64,000 nucleotides of DNA from Ramazzottius varieornatus. Its lineage: Eukaryota; Animalia; Tardigrada. The DNA lies in assembly GCA_001949185.1 (NCBI GenBank), contig BDGG01000001.1, positions 8,031,067-8,095,066 on the forward strand, read 5' to 3'. Numbering within the stretch: position 1 is the stretch's first letter; every line of letters begins with the position of its first letter. Under the pieces are notes generated by a model. That model saw only the letters and a program-made list of their open reading frames with translations, was not told the DNA's origin and searched no databases. The position numbers were made by a program, and so were the translations under genes. Of this stretch, positions 60,295-64,000 are shown one piece after another.

Positions 60295-61626
60295 TCAGCC
60301 ATATCTCTTGATTGCATGGAGACTATTTGCGAGTACCTCAGGCGACATAGAGAGAGAGTCACCTGCTATGTATCCAGCATAGTCGCAGCATCGACTGCTA
60401 TTCAACACTATGGGTAAACTATGCGTGTTTTTGTACGCTCCGGAAGCAAAGCGGTACTTGCTGAAATACGTGTCCGACTGGTACGTATGCAAATGAATTG
60501 GCCCAGTCTCCGTGCACGCAGCGGTCGATGTTGTAGGGTGGTCCAGGTCTATTTTCTGAAAGGGATATCTTCTTCCAGCATGAAGTATTTCATTTATTGC
60601 TAGTTGACCTCCATATAGCAGTAGAACACCGTAGTGCCATTCGGGCCACAGGACTGCTTGGCTCCACCATGATTGTTTGCGCATTTTCGGAGCAAACTCG
60701 GTTTTGCTCAGATATACCATCCAGTGAACAGTCCGGGCGGCAATTTTGGAAATTAAGGGGGCTGGTCCCACCCAAGTTGACCCGATGTTCCAAATCGAAG
60801 AGTTAAAGTAAGACCCGCTGTGGTTAGCAACGAGGGCGAGCTTCATCAGGTTATATGGATCGCTGTAACCACCGTTGCCTGTTATGAATGTGCACCCAGG
60901 CGGAATCCACTTGGAGAACGCCGGGGTAAAAAAAACATCCAAATCTGACCGAACGACAAAGTCGTAGTTAAGGTAGACTTCAGGTTGCTCTGCCAGGGGC
61001 GCGATAGAGTCGATGAAACTGTACTCTTTAAACTGATCTTTCAACTCTCGATCGTAACCTGTTGGAATCACAAAACATCATGCAATACCCGAACGGAGCA
61101 AATGCGCCCTACCTGAAGACTTCGGATCGATGACACGGTCTTGAACTTTTGTGTATTTGACTAGTATGCATTTGAAAGGTTCAGACGCATTCTGTCTAGC
61201 CGTCGTGGAGCACCCAAGTTGGCGTAGCTCCGGGGAAGTCAGGTCCTCCACATACAAAACGATATCTGTACGCCAAAGTTTTGGCTCATCTTTCATCATC
61301 TCCAGCAAACTTCTCAGGCACCATTTCAACTGCCCGAGGTAGGGCTCCAACTGTTTCACCGGGAAATAAGCCACAACAGCACGAGTGAGTGGCATCAAAC
61401 GATAATCCGAAGCAAGCCTGTGTTTACCACAAAGCCGTAAATGGTCTAGTAGCAACGTATCATCTGTAGATTGATCCGGCGCGCTGCTGGTCGCACCTGT
61501 TGTTTGGATGGACGATCTATATGTAGCGAGAAAACTACCGACCGCAGTCAGCCCCAAAATCAGTATTCTACACACAACAGCAGAGCCGGAGGATCTTCTG
61601 CAGAAACCGAATAGTCTGGCCTTCAT
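60295..61626 (-). CDS. Type II membrane protein with DxD motif, DUF7164-like putative glycosyltransferase; complement(join(60295..61058,61113..61626)), 425 aa
   Basis: A 54-bp phase-1 GT-AG intron joins two ORFs in frame. The protein has an N-terminal TM segment (ILILGLTAVGSFLATY), RSDLDVFFTP, GNGGY, NIGSTW, WPEWHYGVLLLYG and HLH. The DUF name is from memory. Confidence 0.75.
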
Positions 61627-62163
61627 CCTGGTTTATTTTCGGTATTGTCAACTACTGTACATCAAAAACAAAAAAGGTACAATATTCACGAAAATTAAGA
61701 TCCTTGACCAAGACTCCTGAAAAAGTTTGTTCTGGAAATTTTCGCGATTGACAAGGAACTCCATGACATCGACTGTACAAATGATGGTACTGCAGAACCT
61801 TACTTTTCGAGCAACTTGTCAGACTACATGTTGTCGGCATAAGCACGAGTTACGTATACACCCGGCAAGAAGCACTGGGCACGAAATGCTAAAATTCATG
61901 CAGAGTCCTCGCCGTGCTGAAACTTTCACCACGTAATCGTCCGTGTCTATCTATAGTCAACTAGTGCGGTTGCGTCATAGAAAGAGGTGTAGGTACTCCT
62001 CACAAGCAAATCACCGACAAGAAAGCATAAATACGACGGACCAAACAAAGGCAGCCTTCCGAGGCGTTGTGTTTTATACCACAGAAAGATCGTTCTCTTC
62101 GGCTACTCTGCAACAAATGCACTGTGAGTTCTTTATCCACCAAATTTATAATCAGTTGCTGCT

Positions 62164-62335
62164 ATGTATAGCAAGAGCCTACCATATTTATCGCCCGCAG
62201 TCCAATCGTTTCTTTTTGGAGTTGCTAGCAGTATCTTCGTGCTTTCTGTTTTGTTGTTGATATCAGACCATCGAAGACATAAAGAAACCGATTTGTCGAT
62301 GCTTTACAGTTCGTCTGACAACCACAAGCTACCTG
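62164..62335 (+). CDS. First coding exon of a probable type II membrane protein, divergent from the DUF7164-like gene; remainder not identified
   Basis: ATG, hydrophobic FLFGVASSIFVLSVLLLI and a strong donor CTG|GTAAGT at 62335/62336. Confidence 0.55.
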
Positions 62336-64000
62336 GTAAGTTTCCTCGTTTCATACTACGATGCTCACGTTTACGAAACTTGGTTGAATCCTATGTCAAA
62401 ATTGGAATCGCGAAGTACATTGCTCCACAGAAGAGAAACCCTGATTTAAAGTGATTGCAACGGCTAGCATATGCGAAGTCAGCGCGATGAATTGTTTTCA
62501 GGGTACGGCTTTCTCGGATGAGTAACACCAGCCACAAGTGCAACTTTTCCCCAAAAACATGGTGACTTCTTCCACCCGGTCATCGTAGCGCAGTTCCGAG
62601 TTTTTCGTACCTTTAATAATACATATTTCAGATCACTAATTCACTACTCCAAAGAATTATAGTACGCTTCCCCGCACTAGATTCCTGAAACCCGTGGGTA
62701 CCTATCACATCCCGAGTAACGTTTTCCGCCTCCCCACTTCTCGGCTCATGCATGAAGTTGCGGGAAACGTGATACTTTGGCCCTTGTGATCTATGTGCCG
62801 ACAGCGACTCTAGTATACACGATCCGACTACAATTTCCACAATTTTCTACAGGGCGTCATTGGACCTTGGTAAAGAATGACCAAAACCTTCATAACTTTT
62901 TTCGGTTCTATTCTTGGCTAATGAATTCGAACATCCACTAAAATAACTTCACTGAAAATAATCTCTTTGACGACATTCAGGAAGGCACACATTGGTCCCA
63001 CTAGAGAACTTACAACAGGAAAATAGGCCGGGCTAAATGCACCAGTTTCACTAAGACCTCCTCACATCATGACGGTAGAATAATATTATTGTTAGGTGAA
63101 ACGTATTGACCATTGGAAAACGGATTTCTCGAAGGACCATTTCCTCTGCAACGTCCCGCTGAATGTAGAACATAGTATTCCTGCTCAAAATCGCACGAAA
63201 TTTCTGCAGAGTTTCCGGTTGTCGTCTTGCCCGATCACTGCGGGCTTCATTGACAGCATTAAAGTATTGAAAGAGTCGCTCCATAACGTCAGAAAAACCG
63301 GTAATGAAGTATTCTTCCAGAAATATTTTTGAATCGGAAGCGTATTCGCATGTCTTGGGTTCTTCGTTGTTCATTTCGTACAATCAAACCCGAAATAATC
63401 AATGAGCCGCTCCATGGCGAGTCGGTCATGTCTCGAACGATGCGGACCATGGTTTTCTAATATCATGATCCATGTCTCCGCACTCGTTTCCCATCACCTG
63501 ACCCATTTCCCCTGATCCGGGAAATGGCCTTTTATACTAGGAATCGTGATCCAAGTGCCGAATCACGATCAAGTATAATAGGTCAAATCACAAAATCGAG
63601 TTCTCAATGGGGAGGGATCTGAGAAATGTACTAAAATGCTACCTTAACAATAGTGAATAAAATTTCGTCCTGTTTTGAACAGACAGTAACCATGGTATCG
63701 ATTTGAGCCAACCGTGTTCAGCGGCAGAACGTCGATGAAGATAAATGATTGCTCAATGAAGTTCTGCAACCTTCTGACCCTTACAGGCCCGCATGGGCGC
63801 GCCCGAACAAGCGCTGCTCGATTGTTGTGAGTTTCTTCCATTGGCTTGACCGGTCATCTTTGACAAGGTTGTCCCTAGGATTGGGCGCAAACGCTACAGA
63901 AGGTGTGTGAGGCTAGAACGGCTGGACAAGCCATGCGAACTTTAATTTTCTCAAAAAAGAATGAGAACAAAGCGCCTAGTTCGGGTACTCAGGGCGAAAC

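Noticed and set aside
63051-63841. Minus-strand ORFs near the window end
   Set aside because: Plausibly coding, but I could not assign a family or a consistent exon structure.

Overview
This is AT/GC-balanced eukaryotic genomic DNA, probably from an invertebrate animal. Many introns are short GT-AG introns of 54-67 bp; the species cannot be determined from the sequence. Host-type genes are almost all glycan-enzyme-like. They comprise two divergently oriented spliced genes for stand-alone CASD1/PC-esterase-type SGNH proteins (GDS...DxxH), a GT11 alpha-1,2-fucosyltransferase exon, a two-exon DxD-motif (DUF7164-like) protein, and the first exon of another signal-anchor protein. They sit among decayed mobile DNA: CRE-like RT/RLE retrotransposon pieces, an Ngaro/DIRS-like fragment, a hAT relic, a Helitron with OTU and RPA-like OB-fold modules, a near full-length CR1-group LINE, and many MITEs and foldbacks, some nested. 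The most unusual item is hidden from the ORF track because it is spliced and decayed. It is an intron-rich CxC5/CxC6 KDZ-type transposase (minus strand, about 33.6-35.6 kb) lying head-to-head with an intron-containing SF3-helicase-like P-loop NTPase gene (plus strand, about 36.2-37.5 kb), followed by further unexplained coding blocks. This suggests a large composite DNA transposon carrying its own helicase. Gene models were assembled by hand from splice signals and reading-frame phase. Family assignments come from recalled motifs, not from database searches.
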